Shown here in pieces: positions 27,406 to 41,610 of a DNA stretch of 43,257 nucleotides. Both the position numbers and the translations under genes were made by a program. Every line of letters begins with the position of its first letter. The stretch's first letter is position 1. A model generated the notes under the pieces. It was not told the DNA's origin, made no database searches, and saw only the letters and a list, made by a program, of their open reading frames with translations. Source of the stretch: Collodictyon triciliatum (taxonomy: Eukaryota); contig JBHJMP010000592.1 in assembly GCA_043381765.1 (NCBI GenBank), forward strand, positions 1 through 43,257, written 5' to 3'.

Positions 27406-30319
27406 TCAGTCGGTCTTTCTTTGGGCAGCTGCCGATTTCTTTTTCTCAGAGTCTACAGTGGTTTAAACGCATATATCAATATCAAATTTACAGCTCACAT
27501 TCTCACATCCCCATCAAATTGAAACGCTGTGGTGGAAATATAAGGAAATGAAGTGGTTGGAGATTAGATAAGCAAACGAGATAACTCGAAAGGTAATTAC
27601 TTGACGGTGCGGGTGGTTTAAATATAATCTTCTGGTCGCCTAGTCTCTCGTCGAGATGTGCTTGATAGAAAGCAAGTTGGATTTTACACAGGACTAGAGA
27701 TTCAAGATACAGAGACCGCTCTCGGCGATATTGGTCCAAGCGCGCGTTCAAATCACGCAAGTCAGTGCGAGACACTTCCATCTCTGCCTGAAGAGCGTCC
27801 AATTGTGGTAGAGCTAGGATGTCCTTCTCTGTTAGTTGTTCGTAGCTGGTGTCCATGCCCATCTGCTTCATGAATGCCCTATTCTGAAATTTTTTTTTGA
27901 TATCGACATTATGAGCAAATAAAGACACCTACCCACCAAAGTAAAGACTCTGTTCACATAATGACGGGAAGAAATCATACCAGTTTTTCTGCACGCTCCA
28001 GTCGACTCCTCATCTGCATGATTTCCTCGCTTTCATCTTGTTTCTTTTATCATTTTAAAGCAATAAGATAACTTTTCTTCCGTATCGATGCTTGGAAATA
28101 AAAAATAATAAAAATATCCGCTGTTTGCACTCGAAGTTAAATAGGAATTCAAATATTGGATAAAAGTCGATTTTTTTGGCCTAACCTTCGATTGTTTTTT
28201 GCTTTTAAAGAATCCTTTGCTTTCTTTTAGAAATATCACGAAATTTTATTTTGAAGGTTTTTTTATACGGTGCGTAAAAATTACACGCAATTTGGCAACA
28301 CTATTTCAATCAAACATCAAAATTCTTATCATGAGTATTATACCTTTTGGTACTGGGGGTAATCTAGGGTAAATTGGAGTTTACTTGATGATATTCTAAA
28401 TGCTATATTGAATTGACGAATAAAATGATGCTAAGCATATATAGACAGAGATAAATACCTGGGCTTTCCATTTTCTTGAGTTAGTTGACTTGTTTTACTT
28501 GTATGATGCTAAGAGAAAAGGATGGAATGAGCTCGAATACACTAACGCACATGGACTTTTTGATCCATACAATTGTTGACTACAACACAATACCTTTGGT
28601 GCTTCATTTTCTGGTCGTATTTTCCGATCAATGCCCTATCATCGTTTATCATAAGATAACATAACACCATTTAAACTTGACGTACAATCAAATGTGATTA
28701 TTTTTTATATAAAAACAGAGTATTTACCGCATCTCCATGTTCTTCAACGGGGTTGGCCATCTAGTAATAAGGTTTGCACAATTAAGATTTTACCAGATAC
28801 AGGCTTTTTAAAAAAGAAAAATAATTAAGGATAAGCCTTTGGTATTATTTTGTAGCTGGATCTGAATTCTCACGACATCTAATGTATGAGCATCCTCTGG
28901 AAGTCCATCTTCCTATTATCAGACAAATTAAAAAAAAGATGAATGTAAAAGCTCCATAAATAGTATGACGCACGCCAATGCATAAAAAAAAATAGTAGTT
29001 AATATTGCTACTTACGATGTTTAAGTCTTCGTGGCTGGCATGTGAGATTGCAGGATAAGGTCGTGTCACATTGCCGACACCGAATCCATATTGGACGTCG
29101 CTGTGGTCAGAGGAGCCCTGTCGGTCTAGATATTCCTTAGGCGATGGATTCTGGCTCTGAGCAAAAATGGATGCGGTCTGCTTCGACGCCACACTGTACC
29201 AGCTTTCTGACTCAACACTAATAACAAGATGCATCAGTACTGAACTAAATATCTGTGGTGATTGATTAAGAATTATATAAAACGGACGTTCCAATAAATT
29301 TAACCACCACAAGCCTTTCTAAACTATTGTGATGGAAACGTCGGCATTTTTTTTTCGTATATCGATGTGTTTATGAATATATATGTATTCCTTGAATAAA
29401 TTGCTCATCCGATCGATAGATTGTATGTAAAATTTACTCATCACCGCCTGTTTCGTGTAGACAAACACTCCTGACTTGGATCTGATGATATAAAGTAAAC
29501 ACTCATTTTAGCTCAGAGTCTGAGGCTGGTGTTGATTCATTCAAACAAAACAAAAAAAAATAGTCGTGAATCAAGAAAGCATTCCTGATATATGTCAGAT
29601 AATATGCTTACCTTGATAGATGGTGATTTTGCTCCAAGGGTCTTTAAAGATAAGCACATGTTGCTCTCGGTGGTCATATTTTCTGTGCACAGCTTACTTA
29701 GGTCAAACGCCGAAGACAAGACCGCCTGGTTTTTGCCACCTTGCAGGACCTTTGAGAGATGAATTTGGATCAGTTGAATATATATATATGTATATAACCC
29801 TAATAATGAAATTAAGTGCATTGAAAATAGATGATATCGTCCCAATTACCAGGTAAAGTGTCATGGAGGATATCTTTTCAATGAATGATTGTGTTTTAGA
29901 GTGTTTGTACATCGTTGCTACCAGTGATAGAGTTTCATTCCACTCAGCCTGGAAATTCTGGGAGCTACTCTATTGGTTAAAACAGATTTTTATAATAGTA
30001 ATTTTTTCCTTTGTTTTATGTAATGTTACAGTTCATTCATCGATAATATTATCAAAAGAAATATTGAGAGATATCACAATACGCAACTAATTTTGTGAAT
30101 CGATCTTTAAGTTCATGGGTTCTTGTGCAAGAGGCGCAAAGAAAGACGCAAGGCTCCACGAAGACGTTTGCATACCTTAGTCGAGTTGATGACTTTTGAG
30201 CCACGGCTAACGGAGATGAAAAACACGCCCCCTTCCACAGGAAGGCTGTCTGCTACTCCTATGAGAAAGTCGAAGCGATATTTGGAACCTTTGGAGGCCT
30301 GCCAGCCCAGTCGGTTCAT
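27406..30319 (-). CDS. NT-C2 (EEIG1/EHBP1-type) domain protein with C-terminal coiled coil, paralog 1; multi-exon, last exon tentative
   Basis: MNRLGWQASKGSKYRFDFLIG..FISVSRGSK..|..AEWNETLSLVATMYKHSKTQSFIEK..|..FDLSKL is the NT-C2 pattern (K.RF, RGSK, W.E.L....T.Y...F.EK, DLS). A low-complexity middle is followed by a coiled coil at about 27640-27900. Confidence 0.78.
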
Positions 30320-31047
30320 TCCTATGCCCGTTTATTGTTTCTGCTTCGTCGATCAATTCCCCCAGCACGGCCTCTTTGCCACACGCAAGAACACTGAAGG
30401 CAGCTGCCCTGACCCAGAGACGCAGCTTTGGTACGCAGACATTAGTCAGAACTGCGCTGAGAATATATATAAATGTAAAACCCATCCCCTCAAACAAAAA
30501 GCTCCTGCCCGCAACACATTTATCTCACTCGCGGACTCGCCAGTTTGTTGTTCATCGGGCTCTTCAAGAGAGACCAAGTGTGGGACAACGCACAGCAGAC
30601 TCTGAGTCGCTCGCGGCCCTGCGGATTAAACTGGGATGGTTGGGCTCTGCAGCAGCCAGGCAGAGACGATTGATTCCGCGCGTGAGATGTTCTCTTGCAG
30701 GCATGTGCAACCCACTATTCCTTAATTAGGCCGCACAATGAGCGCCGACGGAAGTCTTTGTTCTGCAGCGTTTTCGTGGGGGGCTTTTGTTTATGGGCTT
30801 CGCAGCACAGGGCTTGTGGGTGTCAGGGCAGAAGCCTTGCCCAGAATCTCTCGGCAAGCCAGACGATGCAGCGAAACGCAGCCACGATTTCAAGCAGGGA
30901 AGACTTCTTTGTGGGTTGTTTAGATTGGAGAAGTACAGTGGGACTTTGGGGTGCTGGCAAGAGAGCATGCGAAGGCTGTGTGTGCTGCCATGGTGAAGTT
31001 TCCAGAGGCGAAAGGAGGATTGGTGCTTCTTCAACAGAGAGCCGGTG

Positions 31048-34000
31048 TCAGTTCTGGGGCGGGGAAGGAGAAATCGGTGTGGATGAATGTATATCTTGTA
31101 ATGTATGTGAGGACAAACACTGCCGCGATGGATTGTGAGTGGTGAGCCACGCTTTGGACTTTTTTTTTTTTTTTTTGCAAAAAAAAAATAAAAAAAAAAA
31201 AAAAAAAAAAAAAAAAACATACTTTCGAGTCCAGCTGCGCTTTGTACCGTGCAAGCTCTACTTTAGCTGCGAGTAGTAAGCTCAGATAAATGTCTCTCTC
31301 TCCAGAAACCTTTTGGAGCTTCTCATTCAGGCCTTCAACAAGATTTGTGTTTGGATTGTGCTCTGACTGCTTTACTCCATTTAATACACCCAAGTCATTT
31401 TGTGGCTCTACATTTGGCGAGGTCTTCGACGTCTTGTTGGCCTCCAGCTGTAAAATGCCAGCATTGAAAGAAAAATAAGGAAGAAAATATTTAGCATCGT
31501 TCTTCTAACATCTATGGAGTTTGTAAGCGAGTATTTGTGAAAGCTGCGTATACAACCCAAATATATTTCATGAGATTTTCAAAAATATGACCTGTTCCTG
31601 TAAGTTGCTGACCGTCGTGCGAAGTCCGTTTATCTCACTCTCATAGTTTTTCCTGATTTCATCCACATCCTAACAGTTTAATGAATAAAACGAAACCCAC
31701 AATCAGCACTGTCAACGTTACTAAGCACAATAGATTTGTATACTCACTTGAGGTGAGTACCAACGTATACTGACGTCTTCAGCGACCTGAGGAAGCATTA
31801 GGGTTTTTTTTAAAAAAAAAAAAAGGCATTAAATTAATTTTTCCACCCACTTTTCTGATTAATATTTGAAAATCATGCAAGGTGAATTCAAATATGCGAT
31901 AATTCAGATTGCTTGACTTCAGCCAAGCCATGACGCCGCAATATTCAAAATCGTTTAAAACCAATAAGAATATTCATATGTCTTACTTGGACATTGAATG
32001 CTTCAGGCTCTTCAATTACACGAACAGGGGGTCGAATGGGTGGTACTTCGGTAGGAAAGTATTCATCAACAGACTTTGATATTGAGTCAAGATGTTCCTC
32101 AGAACTATGCTTATCTTCTTCAAAATCATCGTCATCAAAAACCACCACATCCTGAAAGTTCATTAAAAGTACAGTTTATTAAGGAAAGTAAATCGAACAC
32201 ATCTATATCTATCTTTAGAATGATTGCAACAAATAAAATTATAAAAGCTTTAGGATAGCCCTCGTTTAAAAAGTTCAAAATATTTTGTCCATAATGAGAA
32301 ACAAACGTGCTCAGAAGTGTGTTCATAGGAGTGGGTGCTTCTATTAGAAAATACACGAATGATGCTACTTTTCATTCCACGATGCATTTGACGTTGATAA
32401 TAACAAAACAAAAAAATTATATGACGAATTTATTACCCTTCAGGCACTACATCCGGTCTATCTGAAGGAGAAGAGGCGAGATAAGAAATCGTGCATTCTC
32501 CTGGTTGGAGCACGACAGTTCCTAGGTCTTGAGTTATGGGTTGAGGTTTGCTCACCACGGGGACGAATTCTACTTGTTCCAACGCATCTTCTTCCCCCAA
32601 AAACTCATCCAGTAGTAGTGCAATGCTTTCTCCACTCATGCATACGGCTTCTCTCTCTGACTCTATATTTTCATGGCATCCATCCTCTGCCGGTCCTTCG
32701 CTTATGAATTTCAAGGGAGGGTTGTGCGCATGACGTTTTTCAATCGACTCTTTCATTATATTGACCAGTGTATCTCTCGGCGATAGCCCAGACGACAAAA
32801 TGATTTCTTGGTTGTAATCTTCCTCCTCACCGATATCGGCAGGGAACTCATGCTCCAGTAACAAATTTTCCGGCTCCGTTAATAGGAAAGGTTGCTCGTT
32901 GGTGTCTATTGCTTTCATTTCTTCCTTTCCATCGCTAGTTGTTGAACCAACAGCATCAAGATTTAACTGTGAAGGCGGGGCGCTTTCAGAATCATGAGCT
33001 GAGTTATGATTATCTCTTTGAGAACGAGCCACCCGAAGAAAATTCAAAAGCCTGGATTTTGACCCGCTCAACTGCCGTCTCGACTGAGTGTTTGCTGCTT
33101 GTGTTGAATATTGAGTCTCATGTGATATTTCTGGTTCGGCGTGCTCCAAATCAAGTTGTTTATGTCTTTCTGCGGCATCAGGCGAATCTAATGGCGAAAT
33201 GTGACCTTGATTCTCATTCTGCTCGATGAAGCTAGTTTCTATGAGGAATACTATTAATCAAAATGAGAACGTAATACACAGTTTCATGGGAATAATTCCG
33301 AGATGGTAGCCCTCAACCAAAGCAAAAAGTGCTGAAAATAAAGAGAGGATAATGATCGAAGGCCCGCTTACCGCTTTGCAACATTTGAACTGTATTTGGG
33401 GAAATTGCTGTGTTTATTTCTTGGTCAGAAGACACATATGCGGTCTCGAAATCGGCCACAAATGACTCGATATGACCTTCTTTGTGAATATCTAATTCAT
33501 TCTCTGGGAAAGCTTCAACTTTTCCCAAGCTTACTGTCTGTTGGAATGACATGCTTTCTTCTGTCTTTGTTCTTGAAACAGACGACGGCTGCGAAAAAGA
33601 ACTGGAAAATGAATCATGTCTCAGAAGGATACATTTAAACTAGTTGAGAAACGTGTACAATATCATATTTTCACAAGGCCGTCACTAAGTGCGATTATAC
33701 CTGGAGTATGACTTTCCTGTCAATACATTAGACCTGGATTCGATCTGGGGAAAACAAAAGGATATCAGAGGAATTAAAATATATTCAACCAATGACGTTT
33801 TCATTATTTGAAGTAAAAGAACTTTGATAATGGTCGGCTGCCCCTCGATCTTTGAGCTGAATTCCAACTGGTGTGCACACATATGGTTTAAGTTGCATAA
33901 GTCGGCAAAGTTTATCTCCTTGTGCATATAGGAAATATCTTTGTTGCTTCCAATGCCCTACACACAAAATCGTTTAATTAGAGTCGGTAATATCACCTTT

Positions 34001-34483
34001 AATAAAATACAAATAATTCACAGACGCTTGAGTCCATCTACGTTAGGGTATGCACCAACCACGGTTGTGAACCATTATGGCAATAATGTATATACAAAAA
34101 AAAAAAAAAAACGACCTTCCGGAGTTCGATGAAGCCAAGCTTTTCCTGAAAACGGGTGTGATGGCCATCTTTGTAAAGCGTCACAAACATTTCAGTTTGT
34201 TGCTCCCATAAAACTTTTCCTTGATTCACTAAGCGCTGTAAGGGATTGTCAGATATGCGGCATCGATTATATGCCAAACATCATTCGTGCGTGCAGAATG
34301 TTGTGCGTGTTTTCAGCTGGCTGCACTTACAGAATCCGAGCGAGCCGTTTTCGAGCCTCGCCCAATCATGATGTAGACGTGTTGTCCCTCAAATGGTATA
34401 TTCTCGCCACTGTGCACAATGAATTCGATGCGAAACTTGTGAGGTTGAGTCCCAAGACGCTTGATCACTTTGCTGGGGTTCAT
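31048..34483 (-). CDS. NT-C2 (EEIG1/EHBP1-type) domain protein with long acidic linker and C-terminal coiled coil, paralog 2; multi-exon, last exon tentative
   Basis: The first coding exon, missed by the ORF track, reads MNPSKVIKRLGTQPHKFRIEFIVHSGENIPFEGQHVYIMIGRGSKTARSDS, then |RLVNQGKVLWEQQTEMFVTLYKDGHHTRFQEK..|..INFADLC. Acidic exon at about 32440-33230; coiled coil at about 31220-31670. Confidence 0.78.
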
Positions 34484-35686
34484 ACTCCGTCACTTCCTAC
34501 AGGCACGAGAAAGGCTCAGCACAGGTACGCATCATTCTCGTAGGCACAGCTTCTTTTTTGGGCCAGAGCTTGAACAACTGGATCAACATCCCTTGCTGCC
34601 TCAGGGTTGAGAAGAGAAAGGAGAAGTAAAATAAAATAAAAATGAACGAAGGAGAAAAGGACAAGAAAACCGACAAACAGAAGGCACACTACTGCTCGTT
34701 GTTCTGGTTTCTTTGGCTTTGGCTTTGGCCTTGGGCAAGGTAACGCCATGAAAGGAACAATAAAGCATTCGGTGTAGGGCGTTGTGTGAATAAAGGAAAA
34801 AGTGTTATATAATGTACAGTTATCTGTAACTGCTTGTTATCACTCCATGAAAAGAAAAAAAAAAAGAGGAGAGTTATCGAATGGTGTCATCAAACTCTTC
34901 ATTCGTCCCGAATCAAACTAGAGTTGGTGACTCACCTAGAAAGATGCCACCCTATATCTATCCACCATCTTGAAGGAAATCAAGAAAGGCGCGAAAGAGA
35001 AGCATAAAGCAAGGTCAGGACAGCAATTCGCCAATGAGAAAGAAATCTGGACGGCCTCAATCGCCCACCATCCAGCTCTTAATTCAGCTTGTGTTTCGAT
35101 TCATCCTTGACCAATACTTTTTTTTTTTTTTTTTACTTCTCATGGGGCTGACAACTACCACACAAGTCCGTCATTTCCGAGGGTAACACAGCCAGAGAAG
35201 CCGCACAGAGCGATGCCAAGAGAGCGAAAATCTGGCAGGTCACACACGGGTCACACAGATGCTGCGCTCTGCCTGCCTTTGCAATTGCACAGCCCCGGCC
35301 GCTTCAGGGTGGGTCAATGCCGGGTAGGCTTTCACTTGCTTCTGCCCAACCTTCTGTGTGTTTCACAGAAAGAGGCTCTCTTCGGGCGTCACACAGGTTA
35401 CAAAACGAGATCTATGAACCACGAAAGGAATTATGCACCGTTGACACCGTGCATTTACATCTGTACTACTTATACCATACATGTGATGTCATATTATATA
35501 TCCAGTATCAAGGGCGGTGTTTTTAGTTGTCAGCGCCCATCGACAAAGCCGCGTCTCTTGTTTTTGCTTTTCCTGAGTCACTCGATGCAATGTTTGTTGC
35601 TTGGCTTCTTTTCCACCAAGCTGCGGGTCGACTAAGTAAAAGTTCACCAGAGTCCAAGCAGAAATCCTCGGCTGCGGCGGAACGCG

Positions 35687-37301
35687 ATGCCGCCAAAGTA
35701 CGTTCGCCTGAAAGACAGACCCGAATGGAAGGGCTTCGAGCCCACTAACCTGCCCACAACAGAGGAGCCTGTCTTTTCCATCGGCTACGAAGCGCGCTGT
35801 AAGGACAATACGCCGATCACCTTGTTCACTTGCTCTGTCTCAAGTGTTGTATTATTCTACCCACAGACAAGGAGATTCTGGGCTATGTCTTTGCGTGCAT
35901 CGAAAGGAATGAGTATTCGCAGAGGGCGTTGGATCTCACGACAGAGGCGCTCCACCACAACCCTGCGCACTATTCATTCTGGAAGTACCGCCGTGATATC
36001 CTGCGCCATCTCAAAAGCGACCTCATTGAAGAGACTGAAAACATATACCAGATGATGATTGATAATCCGAAAAACTATCAGCTTTGGGGGCATTGCCACT
36101 TTCTGGTGCAAGAGTCTGCAAGCTTTGACTTGGAAGGGTGTCTGGCTTTTCTGCAGTTAATATTTGAGGACGACTCCAAAAACTACCATGCATGGAGCTT
36201 CAGGTTTTGTGTTCATGATGATTGTCTTCCTTTTCTCTGATGTCAAAAAAGTGGAATGTTGGCACAGTCGGCGCAGAATTAGTCTGCCCCGAAGGACATA
36301 TAATTTGTGTAACTAGTACCAGCACTTTATGTCTAGATTGAATGTGTATCGCTTCCGTGTCCTTCCTATTATTCTTTGAAAAAAAAAAAAACAGGCAGTG
36401 GCTCACTCAAAAGTTCCCTAATTGGCCAGAGGAGCTTGACTTTGCTGCGAAGATGATTCATCACGATGTTCGGAACAACTCCGCTTGGAATTATCGATTC
36501 TTTGTTGTTAAAAATGAAGGGTTAATCCCCGAGATTATGGAAAGGGAGATCAAGTAGTGCACTCTCTTTGGCACTTATTGCTTTCAATCCTGCTGTTTAT
36601 CACATAATAAACATGTCTTCATTTTATCGATGTCGAACTATTCTTTAGGATTATTTCATTCCTTATGGATTTTTTTTATGTAGATATACCATGGAAAAGA
36701 TTCAAGTAGCATCTCACAATGAAAGTCCTTGGGTTTATTTGGAAGGGTATTAAAATCATCGAAGTGTTTATCTCCTCTTCCCAAAATTCAGAGAACTGTT
36801 TTATTACTTTATATTGTTTGCAAACTCTTTTTCCACAAATTAAAAAAAAAACGGTTCGAAACCCACACTTTTTCTTTTGAAATCATAGATTGATTCGTGA
36901 AGGATATGCAGACAGTCCCGAATTACGCACTTTTTTGGGATCCACTGAGTTCGATGTCAATCCATTTGCGCTCAAGACAAGAATATCACTGCTGATGAGA
37001 AGCGAGAGGAAAGAAGACATCCAAAATGCCATTCAGGTGTCACTATCAAGGGAATCATGCTGCATGCTGCTGATATGATTTTTTACATATGTCAAATTAT
37101 TTCACAAAGTTAAAACTCTTGAAAGCGTTCATCAAACTGTGCTAGGAAGGACCTGCTAGATTGTCGTGGGGTTATAAATTTTTCTTCTTTCGTCTTTAGA
37201 TTTGCAATAGGCTCGGTCTCGAGCTCGACATCTTCAGGAGAAAATACTGGATAGACTTCATGTTGCCAGTAATCGAGAGTAAACTAAGTTCTCTCCCTTA
37301 G
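35687..37301 (+). CDS. FNTA: Protein farnesyltransferase/geranylgeranyltransferase-I alpha subunit; 6 exons
   Basis: DRPEW..P, E.SQRALDLT..NPAHYSFWKYR, NPKNYQLWGH, DSKNYHAWSFR|QW, DVRNNSAWNYR, HNESPWVYL and LDIFRRKYW are the PFTA repeat signatures. Ends TAG 37299-37301. Confidence 0.95.
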
Positions 37302-37764
37302 ATAGGAGATAAAATGATGTCCAAAACAGAACACAAGAATTAGTCTGACAAGCAATCTAATAAACAAAATCTGCAAATCGCAAATCGCTAATCGCAAGCT
37401 CATTCTACCTATCGACCCACAATACGTTCACTTATCTAGTTCCGGCTCTCTCGTCTGTTTCTACATTCTGATGTAGTGCTTCTGCGAGTTTTAACTTCAC
37501 CACTCTTTAAGCAACCAAGGTCATAAAACAGAAACAGCAAAACACCAAACTGCAAAACACAACGGCCAACTTTGCGGCGTTTGTGCGTTTGTTGGGACTC
37601 GAAGATGCTTCATGATACCATATCAGGTATCATTGATCAACCCAAAGAGCACAAAAACTGCAATCTTGCCGAGAACACACCAGGAACAGAAAGGAAAAAA
37701 AGGAAGAAAAAAAAAAAGGAAAACGGAGGGGAAAACATTGCCTAAACAAAGCTAAACAAGATCG

Positions 37765-38242
37765 ATGGAAGCCGAAAAGACCGAGCAACCAGTTGAGATC
37801 ATCGAGACCGAAAATGCCGAGTCCGTCAGCCCCGAACTAACTTACGCGCACCGCATCATCCACACGCGAGTAAAGTTTCAACGACATAAACAAACTTGTG
37901 CTTGCAACAACAAAACAAAAAAGAAAAAAGTCCTCCAAGAAAACTGCTTTTTTTTTTTGCCTGAGAATCTTTGTGAGCCATGCTATTCTTTTTCTGTTCC
38001 CTGATCGTCCTTGCCCAGGGAAGCATCAGCGATCCTCTTGTCGATCCACAAAGGCTTCTTCAGGCATGGAACAGCCCGATGCCGCCCACACCCGAAAGCA
38101 CCGAAGAACAAAACCTCAAAAACTCGATCCTGATCGGCGCTGATACTTCGCGCTTCTCAAAGATTCGCAGTTCCATGCAGAGCACTGGACTAACCTTCAA
38201 CCGTGTGTGCTTTTCGATTCCACAACTCTCTCTAACCCTCTG

Positions 38243-38302
<60 letters not shown>

Positions 38303-41300
38303 TTTTTTTTTNNNNNNNNNNNNNNNNNNNNNNNNNNNNNNNNNNNNNNNNNNNNNNNNNNNNNNNNNNNNNNNNNNNNNNNNNNNNNNNNNNNNNNNNN
38401 NNNNNNNNNNNTCTTATTCTTTTCTTATTCTTTTCTTATTCTTTTCTTATTCTTTTCTTATTCTTTTCTTATTCTTTTCTTATTCTTTTCTTATTCTTTT
38501 CTTATTCTTTTCCATTTAAGAGTAATAACCACATCAACTCACTCATAGTGATATTTCAATCATCTCCAACAAAAATTGTCTCTGATGTGGAAAACAACCA
38601 GTCTATTATGGCTGTGATTCTGTGGGAAGGGTTCGAGATTGATTCTCTGACACTAATAAGAACCATCCGATCGAAACTGAGCCGCACGAAGCTTCCATTC
38701 ATTGGTGATTATATATAGAATATGTGGTTTCTTTTTATGGTTATTTTGACTTATTTTCATGTGTGCACTTCTGTCGGCAATAGTAATTCTCCCTCTGGAT
38801 AAATCAAGAAGCTTTGACATTGAAAAGCGAGACGAGCTAGTTGCCGAGGATGTGGAAGACATTTTGATTGAGCCTCTTAACCCAAAGATGCTCAAAGTTG
38901 CTGTGAGGAACGCATCAGACTCTCTTGATGGGAAGTTGTCATCAGATGTGAGGAGACCACTCTATTTCTTCGTCTTTGTTTTTTAATTGAAAAAATTCAT
39001 AACATAACATTTGCCTCCAGCTGCACTCATTTGTATATTTCCCTTTATTTTGTATTAATCTACATTTGTTCACTGTTTATTTTAGTTATTTTGGAAAATA
39101 GGCGTTGATGAAAAAAAGTTGTTTTGTTTTTAGCAAACTCTGCGGTTATGAATCATAACTTCGTATATTTTCATTATCAGCCCAGCATATCTGCTTCGTT
39201 AAAAGCGAAGGAGACGACTATCAAAGATTTGCGAGGGAAGATTAGACTTCTCTGCTCCAAGTTGGTCTATATGGATAGGGAGAGAGGGAGGCGGGTAATT
39301 TTCTCAATTCCGAAAAGCCGTTGGCTCTGGCACACTCCATTACGCCCTATTTTCAAATAAGCATACCAACGAACGTAACAGGGAAGCACAGATAGTGGTC
39401 TTACAGGAAAGTCTTCCCAATTGTATGAGGATGCTGATGGTCTCATTGAAAGTAGCACACAATCTGCAGGACAATCCTTCGCTCTGATTGATGTATGTCG
39501 CACATATGCTAGAAACATGATCCTTTTTGCTCTGTTTGTTTCTGGATGAAGATGAATCCTCCTCTTTGTTACTTTAACCAGGATTTTTTTCACAACGCAA
39601 GGAGATTTTTTTCTCTTTCTTTCTTATCTCTGGCATTGGAATACTGACAACTATATGAACAGACTGGTGAAACTCCGATTCAGTCCTTGATGAGACATAC
39701 GAAAAACTTTAATGACGGAATGTATACGAAACCTCAATTCCATCGGATTGTACAAAGACTGACAGTTCACCTCACCTCCCCGCCTGGAGTTTCTCCTCTC
39801 AAACACTCACTTTCAATGTCAACCATTGACGTGATGAGCCAAAGATGGGTTATAAATGTAATGTTGCTCCTTGAGAATAAGTCTCGTTCGTTTGACTAAT
39901 GCTATCGTAGCATACGATGTACTGCATTTTCACTTCATATGTATCATTTAATTTCTAATTCGATGTCTTATTTTAGGATTTCTCCAGTGAATCATCTTCT
40001 GTTATCACTGACCTTGTTTCAAATCAAGGGGATGATATTGATCAGTCTGTCATGGACGGCGACACCTTTCTTGGTCTTATAATTATTACTCTTTTACTAG
40101 AATATTTATTATGAATGTAAACCATTTTATTTTTTTCTCAGTGCAGATAGTATTATATAAATTTATGAATTTTGTTGTTTAAGATTGTGGATTTTATTCT
40201 TTCAATTGCAGAGGATGAATACTTGAATGCCGAGCTTAATGAAGCTAATGAAACTGACCCAAGTGCTCATTACCTGTCTGCTTCGCCTCCATCTCCGAAA
40301 ACGACTTTTTCGTCTCCCGAGTCATTCTCTGGTTCAATTGTATCATCGGATGCTCCAAAAAGTGACGCTTCCGCATCAAAACCTCCTTTATTGAGACTTG
40401 GCTCATCCCGTGTGTTTGCCAGAAGTAGCGGATCTCTCACACAGAAAAGCGCTCATTTTGATTCGTCTATCATTCCACCTCTCGAATTTCCCAAGAAAAG
40501 TGAAAAGAACAGCGACATCAGAAGCTTAGAGTTTGACAATTTGGATATGAGCAACACACAGCTAATAGATATCGTTGTCAAGATATTTGAAGATTTAACT
40601 GTTCTTGAAAAGGTTTTTCCTAATTTTTACTCACGAAAACAAACTATTTTAACGCATCTGGCATAGAAGAGCAAAAAATGAGGGAGGAAAACTTTTAACT
40701 TACAGAGTAAATTTTTACTATATTCGTTTGCTAGTTTAATATCGATGTTGGGAAATTCAGAAATTTTGTCTCTGCGGTGAGCGAGCATTATTCGCTGAAT
40801 CCATACCACAATTTCCAGTTTGTTTTGGATAAAAATAAATAATGATGATAATTACGATATAATATAGTCTATCAAGAACCATTCAAGAATTCTAACATAA
40901 TTATTCTTTGGTCTGAACCGGAAAAAAAAAGGCATGCAGTCGATGTTCTTCAAAATACATACTTGTTTTTCGTTAACACAAAAATTACTACGTATTTTAC
41001 TTACTTGGATGTGTTCGCCTTGTCTTTTGGTAACTCATACCCATCTCAAATAATAGAGTCTTGATTTTTCATCCTTGCCCCTTTAATTGTTTTAGTATAA
41101 TTTCTTCAAAAAAAAATGTATTCATGAATTGTTTAAACTTAGCGGCCATATGCCATGATTTGGATCACCCAGGAGTGAATAATATTTATCTGATGAATGT
41201 CAAAGTAATCCTCCTCCATAATATTAATCAATAGTAATAATATTCTAATCAGTTTTATGATATGCAGTCACCAAAGGCGCTTCTTTACAACGACCAGGTC

Positions 41301-41511
41301 TGAAGATTAGAATTGTCATCCAACACGACATCACATAATCTCATTATACATTCAATACCAATAAAAATGTCATTGAAATACACACTTTTGTAGTCGATTC
41401 TCGAGAATCACCATTGCGCCACAGCATTTTCTTTGCTCGAAAAAGAAGAGTTCAATATCATTTCATCGCTATCTGAGAATGATAAGAAGGAGTTCCGAAA
41501 GATTGTATTTC

Positions 41512-41610
<99 letters not shown>

